From positions 1-46,810 of the IMG/VR virus record IMGVR_UViG_3300032303_000909: a DNA stretch of 46,810 nucleotides, one strand, 5' to 3'. Origin of the DNA: a virus. Lineage: Duplodnaviria; Caudoviricetes. The notes beneath the pieces were generated by a model. It saw nothing but the letters and a program-made list of their open reading frames with translations. It had not been told where the DNA came from and did no database searches. Positions 8,607-16,655 of this stretch are shown in pieces; positions within the stretch are counted from its first letter, which is position 1, and each line of letters opens with the position of its first letter. Position numbers and translations under genes: made by a program.

Positions 8607-9152
8607 ATGGACAAAATTAATGTAATAGTACTATCAGCTGATAATAAATCTAAATTCACTAAAAAGTTAATTAAAGGTTTAACTGAATACTTTAACACAG
8701 ACATAGATAATCTACCAGAAAACTACGGCTATAAGCATCCGTGGAGTTTATTAAGTTTGTTAAGAGATGATAAGTTAGACATATATACTTTGGTTTATGT
8801 TAATGGAAAATTATGGGGTGGTAGCGGTGGCATAGTTAGATGTGTTGATAATAAGAAAATATACCAAGGAGGATTTCGTTGGTTTTCAAATGCTGAAAAT
8901 CTTGTAAAAGGCCTCGGATGTATGAAAGCCTATACTCACACTCATACTATGACTGAACAATTTAAAAGAGCTCGAGAGCAGAAATGCAATCAGTACATTC
9001 TATCTTTTAATGACTACAATCAAAGGTTATATGAGATAAGTAGAAAATATCATTTAAAGAAAGCATTTCCAGATACCGTATTTGTTCCAAGTAACGGTCC
9101 GGTAATGTTTAATGGTGTACTTCAGCAATTATTAACAGTGGAATTACAATAA
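8607..9152 (+). CDS. hypothetical protein (possibly GNAT-like)
   Basis: 181-aa ORF in operon; fold guess only. Confidence 0.55.
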   Translation: MDKINVIVLSADNKSKFTKKLIKGLTEYFNTDIDNLPENYGYKHPWSLLSLLRDDKLDIYTLVYVNGKLWGGSGGIVRCVDNKKIYQGGFRWFSNAENLVKGLGCMKAYTHTHTMTEQFKRAREQKCNQYILSFNDYNQRLYEISRKYHLKKAFPDTVFVPSNGPVMFNGVLQQLLTVELQ

Positions 9153-9791
9153 ATGTTTAGCATTATTAAAGATTGTAGTCCATACTATATAACCTTCTCA
9201 TACGCTGGCTTAGATAATTATATAAAATTGTTACAAGATATCGCTAATAGATCAAATTTTGTTGTTTCTAATAATAAAGGTGTTACTGCAATACAAGAGG
9301 TATATCCTAATTATCAAACTGAAGAATTTTATGTTAAGGACGACAAGGATTTAACGTCACTGATAGACAATAATCCATGTTCTGAATTTTTACATCTGGA
9401 TAGGTCGACGGCATTTTTAACTACATACCCCGGAGTTAAAAGTCCTATCCATTTAGATATAAACGCTAAAATTAATAAACCAGTAAATTTTAGAATTAAT
9501 TATCCTGTGTTTATTAAAGATAATCAATGTATTACTAGATGGTATGATAGTCAAGATGCTGTTCATCACAAAAAAGTAAATTATATACTCGACGAATCAA
9601 TTAAAAAACCCAAGTGCGTAGAGTCCTTGCATTTTTCTCAAGATCATGCTATATTGTTTAATACTACAATATATCACGAATGGGATAATACATTAAGTAA
9701 TAATCCAAGAACTATCGTTGGTATGAGAACTAACAATGAATATCGTGATATGACTTTTGCCGACGCAAAAAAAATATTATTTGGAATTTGA
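9153..9791 (+). CDS. cupin/2OG oxygenase-like protein
   Basis: PIHLD...RINYPV...LFNTTIYHEWDN...R. Confidence 0.6.
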   Translation: MFSIIKDCSPYYITFSYAGLDNYIKLLQDIANRSNFVVSNNKGVTAIQEVYPNYQTEEFYVKDDKDLTSLIDNNPCSEFLHLDRSTAFLTTYPGVKSPIHLDINAKINKPVNFRINYPVFIKDNQCITRWYDSQDAVHHKKVNYILDESIKKPKCVESLHFSQDHAILFNTTIYHEWDNTLSNNPRTIVGMRTNNEYRDMTFADAKKILFGI

Positions 9792-9792
9792 T

Positions 9793-10443
9793 ATGAGCAA
9801 CAATTTATTATTTGCAACTGTTGATCTGCCTCCCATTGACAAAGATAAAGCGATAGCAGAAATCGAACCACTACTAGGAACTGACGTCGTTTTCTGGGAT
9901 GCATATCGAGAAATCCATATGATTCCACTAGTTACAAAAACAGGGCAACTAGGCGCCCATAGTATCTCTAATAGATATCAAGGCGACTTTGTTTGGGCAG
10001 ATCATACTCCCCCTACCATTAAAGGTTATTTTGAAAATGTAGTATTTCCTTGGACAGGCATGCGTAGTAGATTAATGATTCTTATTACACAGCCTGGTGC
10101 AAAAAATGCAATTCACATTGACAGCAAGATACATGAAGTGGGTAGTAGGAAGCATAAATTCCGAATTGTATTACGAGGTCGTACTGATTCTTTGTTTTTT
10201 AAAACCAAAAATGGCGATGTGCATGTACCAGAAATTAACAGTGCATTTTTGATGGACGGCAGTTGGGTGCATGGTATGGACAACGAAAGTGACACAGTAA
10301 AATTAACTCTAGCATTAGGTAGTCCGTGGGAAGGCCATGATGAGTACGGCCCCGAAGTAAAGATTTTAATGGATCGTCGAGATTATAAAATGATAGACAA
10401 CCTCGATCAATATGCAGAAAAACCAGGCACCGCCACCTATTAA
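9793..10443 (+). CDS. Asp/Asn beta-hydroxylase-like cupin oxygenase
   Basis: AIHID...HKFRIVL...WVHGMDN; start moved to ATG 9793. Confidence 0.6.
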   Translation: MSNNLLFATVDLPPIDKDKAIAEIEPLLGTDVVFWDAYREIHMIPLVTKTGQLGAHSISNRYQGDFVWADHTPPTIKGYFENVVFPWTGMRSRLMILITQPGAKNAIHIDSKIHEVGSRKHKFRIVLRGRTDSLFFKTKNGDVHVPEINSAFLMDGSWVHGMDNESDTVKLTLALGSPWEGHDEYGPEVKILMDRRDYKMIDNLDQYAEKPGTATY

Positions 10444-10452
10444 TAGTTAAAA

Positions 10453-11196
10453 ATGATTATAAATGTTTGGTCAACTCCTCGTACTGGTAGTGTATGGTAC
10501 AGTTATTATCTTAAATCAATATACTCCGATTCAACGTATATCAATGAGCTGTTTAATAAACATCACATGAAAAATTACTATATGCGTAATAATGATGGAT
10601 TAATGTTTGCATTAAACAACTACGAAGAAAATGCATATTATTTAGAATATTTTATCGACAGTGGTTCAATTAATTTTAAAAAAGTTTTTGAACCAAGAAC
10701 AAGAACCCCCGACGAAGAAGAAAATCATAGGTTTGCATTGCTAAGACAGTATTCGTCAGATAAGAAAACAATAATGCACAATCATGTTGATCCTATAAAT
10801 CCCGAAATTAGACAATATTTAATGGATATTGCAGAAAAAAATTATTATCTTTATAGAAAAGATAAACATGCTCAACTCGGTAGCTATGTGATTGCATATT
10901 CAACAAAACAATTTGGTCAACTAGTCAAAGGCGAGTTTACAGATAAAGTAGCCGATATAGATCCAACGGTACTGTGCAACTTGGTTAATAGGATAAAGAC
11001 CTTTGATAATATAGTCAAAAGTATTAATACATCCAATATAGAAGTGTTGGCTTACGAAGATATAGATTTTTTTGAGCGCGATGGTTTTCCTAGGAAACAA
11101 AACAGAGATTACCGTATTAGACTAAGTCAGGAAATGTTAGAATTAGTTGAAAAATTAGCATCCGAATATGAAGATACAAAACAAAAGACCCGATAA
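10453..11196 (+). CDS. sulfotransferase-like protein
   Basis: WSTPRTGS (5'-PSB loop), NELF, YLYRKD...S, LAYED. Confidence 0.65.
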   Translation: MIINVWSTPRTGSVWYSYYLKSIYSDSTYINELFNKHHMKNYYMRNNDGLMFALNNYEENAYYLEYFIDSGSINFKKVFEPRTRTPDEEENHRFALLRQYSSDKKTIMHNHVDPINPEIRQYLMDIAEKNYYLYRKDKHAQLGSYVIAYSTKQFGQLVKGEFTDKVADIDPTVLCNLVNRIKTFDNIVKSINTSNIEVLAYEDIDFFERDGFPRKQNRDYRIRLSQEMLELVEKLASEYEDTKQKTR

Positions 11197-11791
11197 CAAT
11201 CCCGTCATTTGGATAATAGGATGTAGCATTTCGCACGGAACCGGTGTTGGTGATGACGAAAGATACGGGCACTTAGTATCACAGGAATTAAATATGACTC
11301 CTGTATATCTAACAGAACCGGGAACATCAATCGAATGGGCGGTAGATCAAATATTGAGAGCAGACATACGACCCGGTGATAAACTTGTATGGGGACTTAC
11401 TGGTATTAATAGATTTGTTTATTATTTCCCAGACGGTACTAAACAAAATGTAACCTGGCATTATTATAATAAGTTGAATCCTAAATTTGAAAATATTATT
11501 AGTCAGGGTAGATTATTAGATGAAAATTTAGCATTCAAAGCACGAGATTATGTATATCAGGTTATTAATTTTTTAGAAAAAATTGGATCAGTTGATTACT
11601 GCATAGTATGGGTAATGAGAAGGATATTAAAAGAGCAAACTGATCTTTTTTTAAAATTAGTTAACAATATACCTAATTTTGTTCTAGGAGTCGACGGTGA
11701 CGAATTTATAGACGTTGGTACAGATAATCAACATCCGGGACCTAGACAACATCAAATTTACAAAAATAAAATTTTAAGTGTTTTAAAATAA
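11168..11791 (+). CDS. SGNH/GDSL hydrolase-like protein
   Basis: IIGCSISHG near the N-terminus and DNQHPG near the C-terminus. Confidence 0.6.
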   Translation: MKIQNKRPDNNPVIWIIGCSISHGTGVGDDERYGHLVSQELNMTPVYLTEPGTSIEWAVDQILRADIRPGDKLVWGLTGINRFVYYFPDGTKQNVTWHYYNKLNPKFENIISQGRLLDENLAFKARDYVYQVINFLEKIGSVDYCIVWVMRRILKEQTDLFLKLVNNIPNFVLGVDGDEFIDVGTDNQHPGPRQHQIYKNKILSVLK

Positions 11792-11803
11792 AAGGAAAAT
11801 AAA

Positions 11804-12337
11804 ATGCCATGGATTGAAAACGTAGCCGCCGCTGATATACCTACAAGGTTCCATCACGAAGCTGGTGAGAATAGTATGCTGATCAGCATTGTTGATCCAG
11901 CAAGTTGGAGACCAACTCCTGCCCACAAGTTCAAAGAAATTCATAATTTTGAGTTTCTTGATATTGAAGAAAAAGACTTTGCATTGGACGAAGCCATGCG
12001 ATGCAGCCAAGAGCAGGCTAATGAGCTGGTGCGATTGTTGCAACATGCATTGGCCAATAGAATGAACGTTGTTGTTCATTGCTATGCTGGTGTATGTCGC
12101 AGTGGTGCAGTTTGTGAAGTCGGAGTCATGATGGGCTTTGATGACACCGCACGTTTCCGTAGTCCTAATCTGCTGGTCAAACACCGCATGATGAAGGCCT
12201 TGGGTTGGACGTATGATAGTAAAGAATTACCTACTATTAATGGAAAGCCATTGGACAAAGAATGGGTCGATTCAAATGAGCGATGGACTACTCTTGCTCA
12301 GGCAAGACGAGAACATAGATTAAAAGGCAATACCTAA
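11804..12337 (+). CDS. CX5R (PTP/dual-specificity-type) phosphatase
   Basis: VVVHCYAGVCRSGAV; RBS AAGGA. Confidence 0.85.
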   Translation: MPWIENVAAADIPTRFHHEAGENSMLISIVDPASWRPTPAHKFKEIHNFEFLDIEEKDFALDEAMRCSQEQANELVRLLQHALANRMNVVVHCYAGVCRSGAVCEVGVMMGFDDTARFRSPNLLVKHRMMKALGWTYDSKELPTINGKPLDKEWVDSNERWTTLAQARREHRLKGNT

Positions 12338-12344
12338 CTTTTGG

Positions 12345-12373
12345 TTGACTTCTAACTTAATTTGTGTTATAAT
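12345..12373 (+). promoter_or_regulatory. sigma70-type promoter
   Basis: TTGACT-N17-TATAAT with TG extension. Confidence 0.75.
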
Positions 12374-12402
12374 TATTCATTGTTTTATAGAAATAGTGAA
12401 AT

Positions 12403-12867
12403 ATGCCTAAATGTTATCAATTAGTTGGTGTGCCCGGTTCAGGTAAATCTACCTGGGTAGAAGCACAAGATTGGGCATTAACCTGTGCTAGAGTTAGCAC
12501 AGACAAATGGGTTGAAATCTATGCCAAAGAAGTAGGTCGTACCTACACCGAAGTGTTTGCAGATTTCATGCCCACTGCTGTAGATCTTATGGCCAAGGAA
12601 GTTGTTGCGGCTCGAGAACTAAAACGAGATATCATTTGGGACCAAACTAGTACCACTGTTGCTAGTCGTATTCGAAAGTTTAATATGTTGCCCGACTATG
12701 AGCATATTGCTATAGTATTTGAAACTCCACCAAGGCTTGAATTAAAACGTCGATTGGCCGGCAGACCGGGCAAAGAAATTCCAGATGCTGTAATAGAAGG
12801 AATGTTGGCTAGTTTTGAAATGCCTACAGAGGAAGAGGGTTTCAAAGAAATCTGGTTTGCTGTTTAA
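12403..12867 (+). CDS. P-loop kinase (AAA_33, polynucleotide kinase-like)
   Basis: GVPGSGKST, VSTD, IIWDQTS, RRxxR lid as in Pnk kinase domains. Confidence 0.8.
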   Translation: MPKCYQLVGVPGSGKSTWVEAQDWALTCARVSTDKWVEIYAKEVGRTYTEVFADFMPTAVDLMAKEVVAARELKRDIIWDQTSTTVASRIRKFNMLPDYEHIAIVFETPPRLELKRRLAGRPGKEIPDAVIEGMLASFEMPTEEEGFKEIWFAV

Positions 12868-12893
12868 GTTATATTTTAAGAAAGGAGGGCAAG

Positions 12894-13460
12894 ATGCCAA
12901 GTGTATTTTTAGTCAGTGACACGCACTTTGGTCACACAGGTGTTTGCCGCTTCACATGCAACGACGGTGTTACAAAGTTGCGTCCTTGGACTGATCCCGA
13001 GGAGATGGACGAAGCTATGATTAAGTCCTGGAACGATCGTGTTCGACCCAAAGACAAAGTCTATCACTTAGGTGACGTTGTTATTAACCGCAGGGCATTA
13101 AAGACATTAAGTCGTTTAAACGGCGACAAGGTTTTAATCCGCGGTAACCACGACATCTTTCCAGATGTAGAGTATCGTGAATACTTTAGAGAATTACGTG
13201 CATATCATGTTATGAACGGAATGATTTTAAGCCATATCCCAATTCACGAAGAATCGTTAGGACGTTTCGGTGTTAACATTCACGGTCACCTTCATGCCAA
13301 TCGTGTTATGAAAGACGGTGCAGTTGATCTGCGTTATCATTGTGTCTGCGTAGAACAAACACCCGACTTTGCACCCATCTTGTTTGAAGACGTTATCAAA
13401 CGTATTGAAGCAGAAGGTGGAAGTGTTGGTTTTAAAAACGGCAACGGACCTACAATGTAA
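12894..13460 (+). CDS. calcineurin-like metallophosphoesterase
   Basis: SDTHFGH, HLGDV, RGNHD, LSHIP, HGHLH; RBS AAGGAGG. Confidence 0.92.
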   Translation: MPSVFLVSDTHFGHTGVCRFTCNDGVTKLRPWTDPEEMDEAMIKSWNDRVRPKDKVYHLGDVVINRRALKTLSRLNGDKVLIRGNHDIFPDVEYREYFRELRAYHVMNGMILSHIPIHEESLGRFGVNIHGHLHANRVMKDGAVDLRYHCVCVEQTPDFAPILFEDVIKRIEAEGGSVGFKNGNGPTM

Positions 13461-13461
13461 T

Positions 13462-13575
13462 ATGTCATATATAACCAACAAATACAATTCCATCCGACTG
13501 CCCGTTGAACCGGGTATGCTGGAATGGTTGAGAGAACGTTATCCACACTCTGGATATTATGTTGTAAACACTTGA
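13462..13575 (+). CDS. small hypothetical protein
   Basis: MSYITNKYNSIRLP... 37 aa starting 1 nt after the previous stop. Confidence 0.5.
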   Translation: MSYITNKYNSIRLPVEPGMLEWLRERYPHSGYYVVNT

Positions 13576-13600
13576 CATCTAGCGTAAAGTACGCTATAAT
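13572..13600 (+). promoter_or_regulatory. sigma70-type promoter for DUF2828 locus
   Basis: perfect TTGACA-N17-TATAAT. Confidence 0.85.
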
Positions 13601-13625
13601 TAATGTTGTTAAGATAAGAAGTTTT

Positions 13626-13679
13626 AGGATCGATTCAGCAAACTTTAATACATTTCATAATTGTAAAAAGACGATCCTG
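13626..13679 (+). ncRNA. CAGCA-stem element 1 (5' leader of DUF2828 gene)
   Basis: AGGATCG-ATT-CAGCAA...CGATCCT-G; internal TACA-T-TTCATAA-T-TGTA hairpin. Confidence 0.7.
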
Positions 13680-13703
13680 TCATTTTAACGAAAGGAGAAA
13701 GAG

Positions 13704-15095
13704 ATGACTACATTTGCAGAAGCAGTTAAGTCTACCCCAGCGGTAGCTCGTACCGAAAACGGTATGAAGGCAAAGGCTCATTCGGGCAATGCCCTTGTAG
13801 ACCTGTTCTATAAGATTGGTGCCAGCCGTGGTAAGTCTGTGACCGCAGACTTTGAGCGGGCTTTCCAAGAAGACGCAGACCTTGCAATGAAGATTGCGTT
13901 CTGGTCACGTGACGTCCGTGGTGGCGCAGGTGAACGTCAGCTGTTCCGTGATGTCCTAGTGCATCTGGAAAAGTTGCATCCAGAAACTCTGGAAGCAGTT
14001 CTTCCTTTCGTGAGCGAGTTCGGCCGTTGGGACGACTTGCTGGTATTCAAGACTGAAAAGTTCAAGCACATGGCCTATACCCTAATCGGTGATGCCCTGC
14101 GTGAACGCAACGGTCTGTGTGCCAAGTGGATGCCTCGTCAAGGCCCAATCGCGGTTGAAATCCGTAACTTCTATGGTATGACTCCAAAGTTCTACCGTAA
14201 GAGTTTGGTTGCATTGACCAATGTTGTCGAAAGCAAGATGTGTGCAAAGGACTGGGATTCTATCGAATTCGGTAAGTTGCCATCACTGGCTTCGGCTCGT
14301 TACAACAAGGCATTTGCCAAGAACGCTTCTGCGTCTTACACTGCCTACAAGGCTCGTTTGACTGCAGGTACAGACAAGGTAAACGCTAGTGCGGTTTACC
14401 CATACGATGTCATCAAGACCTTGCGTCATGGTGGCGATAGTGTGGTAGCAGATGCTCAATGGGCTTCTCTGCCAAACTACATTGGCAATGCCAGCGTTAT
14501 GCCTTTGGTTGACGTTAGCGGTTCGATGAGCTGTCCAGTTGGCGGAAACGCTAACCTAATGTGCATCGATATTGCCTTGTCGTTGGGTCTGTACTGTGCT
14601 GATAAGAACACTGGTGTATTCAAGGATACATTCTTGACTTTCAGTGCAAAGCCAAAGGCACAGGTTGTTAAGGGTACACTTGCTCAGAAGATGAGCCAAA
14701 TGAACTCTAGCGACTGGGGCATGAACACTAACCTACATGCGGCGTTTGACGAAATCCTACGCATCGCAGTCAAGGGCGGTGTGAACGCAAGTGACATGCC
14801 AAAGACTTTGCTGATCCTTTCGGACATGCAGTTTGATCAATGCGTAAGTTTTGATGACTCTGCTCACCAAATGATCAAGCGCAAGTACAAGGACGCTGGA
14901 TACGAAGTTCCAAACATCGTATTCTGGAACCTGAACAGCCGGGACAATGTCCCTGTTAAGTTCGACAAGCTCGGTACCGCGTTGGTGTCTGGGTTCAGCC
15001 CAGCAGTTATGAAGGGTATCCTATCGGGTACTGACATGACTCCATATGGTATCATGCTAGCCACTGTTGATGTGGATCGCTACAGCGTTCTATAA
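13704..15095 (+). CDS. DUF2828 family TROVE/Ro60-like protein with C-terminal vWA domain
   Basis: TENG, RDVRGGAGER, GRWDDL, AKWMPR, VYPYDV, MIDAS DVSGSM, TNL, SDMQFD, IVFWNL, VSGFSP; RBS AAGGAG; GC-richer codon usage than neighbours. Confidence 0.85.
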   Translation: MTTFAEAVKSTPAVARTENGMKAKAHSGNALVDLFYKIGASRGKSVTADFERAFQEDADLAMKIAFWSRDVRGGAGERQLFRDVLVHLEKLHPETLEAVLPFVSEFGRWDDLLVFKTEKFKHMAYTLIGDALRERNGLCAKWMPRQGPIAVEIRNFYGMTPKFYRKSLVALTNVVESKMCAKDWDSIEFGKLPSLASARYNKAFAKNASASYTAYKARLTAGTDKVNASAVYPYDVIKTLRHGGDSVVADAQWASLPNYIGNASVMPLVDVSGSMSCPVGGNANLMCIDIALSLGLYCADKNTGVFKDTFLTFSAKPKAQVVKGTLAQKMSQMNSSDWGMNTNLHAAFDEILRIAVKGGVNASDMPKTLLILSDMQFDQCVSFDDSAHQMIKRKYKDAGYEVPNIVFWNLNSRDNVPVKFDKLGTALVSGFSPAVMKGILSGTDMTPYGIMLATVDVDRYSVL

Positions 15096-15106
15096 ATAGT
15101 GTTGTA

Positions 15107-15264
15107 AGGTTAGGTTCAGCAAAATTCAATAACATCGAATTGCTTGTATCTATGTCAATAGCTGGAGCCTGAAAGGGCTTTGAAGGTTACGGACATATAT
15201 GGATATAAGATAGGTGTGTTTCGATATTGACACCGATATAAACTCAAAGTAGACAACTAACCTG
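15107..15264 (+). ncRNA. CAGCA-stem element 2 (~158 nt)
   Basis: AGGTTAG-GTT-CAGCAA...CTAACCT-G; internal helices CTTGTATC/GATATAAG, TATGTC/GACATA, GAGCCT-GAAA-GGGCTT, GGTGT/ACACC. Confidence 0.75.
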
Positions 15265-15272
15265 TTATACAA

Positions 15273-15519
15273 AGGATGACTACAGCAGTATTAAAATACT
15301 AAAGTAATTACCATAGAAAGTGGTCGTAGGACAGTAGCAATACTTCTAGGCAACTAGACGCAGAAGGAATGGATGACGTGGGGAAAGACTCTCTATGTTG
15401 TTAGTAGCAGACACAATTACTAACTAGGCAACGTGAATCGTTGATAGGGTCGCAGTAACTGAACCGGTATACAGGGGATAGGGCGACCAGAAAATAAAAT
15501 AACGGTTACCATCATCCTG
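15273..15519 (+). ncRNA. CAGCA-stem element 3 (~247 nt)
   Basis: AGGATGA-CTA-CAGCAG...TCATCCT-G; GCAA-tetraloop hairpins AGTA-GCAA-TACT and TCTAG-GCAA-CTAGA, plus GTTAGTAG/TTACTAAC, CAACG/CGTTG, GGTCGC/GCGACC. Confidence 0.75.
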
Positions 15520-15521
15520 TT

Positions 15522-15550
15522 AATAGGACTCTTCGGAGTCCTATTTTTTT
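15522..15550 (+). terminator. strong intrinsic terminator
   Basis: AATAGGACTC-TTCG-GAGTCCTATT followed by a T tract. Confidence 0.92.
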
Positions 15551-15594
15551 GGCTATTTGATCTATAACAAACATTAAAAATAACTGCTCGTATA

Positions 15595-15623
15595 TTGCAT
15601 TTACATTTTTTAAAACGTATAAT
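15595..15623 (+). promoter_or_regulatory. sigma70-type promoter
   Basis: TTGCAT-N17-TATAAT. Confidence 0.65.
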
Positions 15624-15632
15624 TAAACATAT

Positions 15633-16655
15633 ATGACAACATTACACATTTTATCCAGTCCCCATGATCCAGTACACATACAAAATAGAATAGATCCATT
15701 TTCTATATCTACTTTAAAATTTATCAACTACATGACCAAATACGGATGGAATTGTATTCATTATAGTATACCCGGATCTGAAGTTTCCTGCGAATCAATT
15801 AATTGTTTGCCTTTAAAGTCTTCTGATTCTGGAACCAATGTAACAGAATATAACACTAGAGCAGGTAGAGAAATTTCCCTCCGTAAAAAGCCAGGCGATA
15901 TAATTATTTGTATGTATGGTTTAGAAAATAAAGATGCCGCAGAAGCAAACAGTGATCTTAAAGCAGTTGAACCCGGCATAGGCTACTCTATGTCGGCGGC
16001 GTGGGCTACTTATAAAGTATTCACATCGTATGCACAGATGCACATGCATTACGGTTGGAAAGGTAATGAACAGAATCCAGGATGGTTTGATGCAGTAATC
16101 CCAAACGGTATTACAGCCAGCGAATTTGATTACACAGAAGAAAAGGGAGATTACTTCTTATATTTTGGTAGGGTAATTTCAACCAAGGGCGTTGATATTG
16201 CAATCCAAGCAACTGAAAAAACTGGTAACAAATTAATAGTTGCTGGATCGGGTTCTTTGGCAGACTTAGGATATAAAACAATACCATCCCATGTAACAGT
16301 AGTCGGACCGTGTGATGTTGAACAACGTAGGAAGCTGATGGCAAAGGCAAAGGCTATTTTAGGTCCCACATATTATGTTGAGCCGTTTGGTAATATGGTA
16401 GTAGAAGGTTATATGAGCGGCACTCCGGCAATTACCACAGACTGGGGCGGGTTTACTGAAACAGTGATACAGGACGTGACCGGATATCGTTGTAGAGAGT
16501 TTAAAGAATTTGTTAATGCTATTAATAACATTGGTCGAATCAACCCTCAAATATGTAGGAATTGGGCATTAGCAAATTACGAAGATTCTGTAGTACATGA
16601 AAAATTAAACGATTATCTTAAAAAAATACAACAATTAGATTTTTATAGACCATGA
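15633..16655 (+). CDS. glycosyltransferase family 4 (GT-B)
   Basis: IPNG, LYFGRV..KG, EPFGNMVVEGYMSGTPAITTDWGGFTE. Confidence 0.9.
   Translation: MTTLHILSSPHDPVHIQNRIDPFSISTLKFINYMTKYGWNCIHYSIPGSEVSCESINCLPLKSSDSGTNVTEYNTRAGREISLRKKPGDIIICMYGLENKDAAEANSDLKAVEPGIGYSMSAAWATYKVFTSYAQMHMHYGWKGNEQNPGWFDAVIPNGITASEFDYTEEKGDYFLYFGRVISTKGVDIAIQATEKTGNKLIVAGSGSLADLGYKTIPSHVTVVGPCDVEQRRKLMAKAKAILGPTYYVEPFGNMVVEGYMSGTPAITTDWGGFTETVIQDVTGYRCREFKEFVNAINNIGRINPQICRNWALANYEDSVVHEKLNDYLKKIQQLDFYRP

Noticed and set aside
15073-15087. TGGATCG-CTA-CAGCG, resembling the 5' half of the CAGCA-stem motif
   Set aside because: It lies inside the DUF2828 coding end (VDRYS), deviates at both ends, and I found no downstream complementary CGATCC strand; likely chance.
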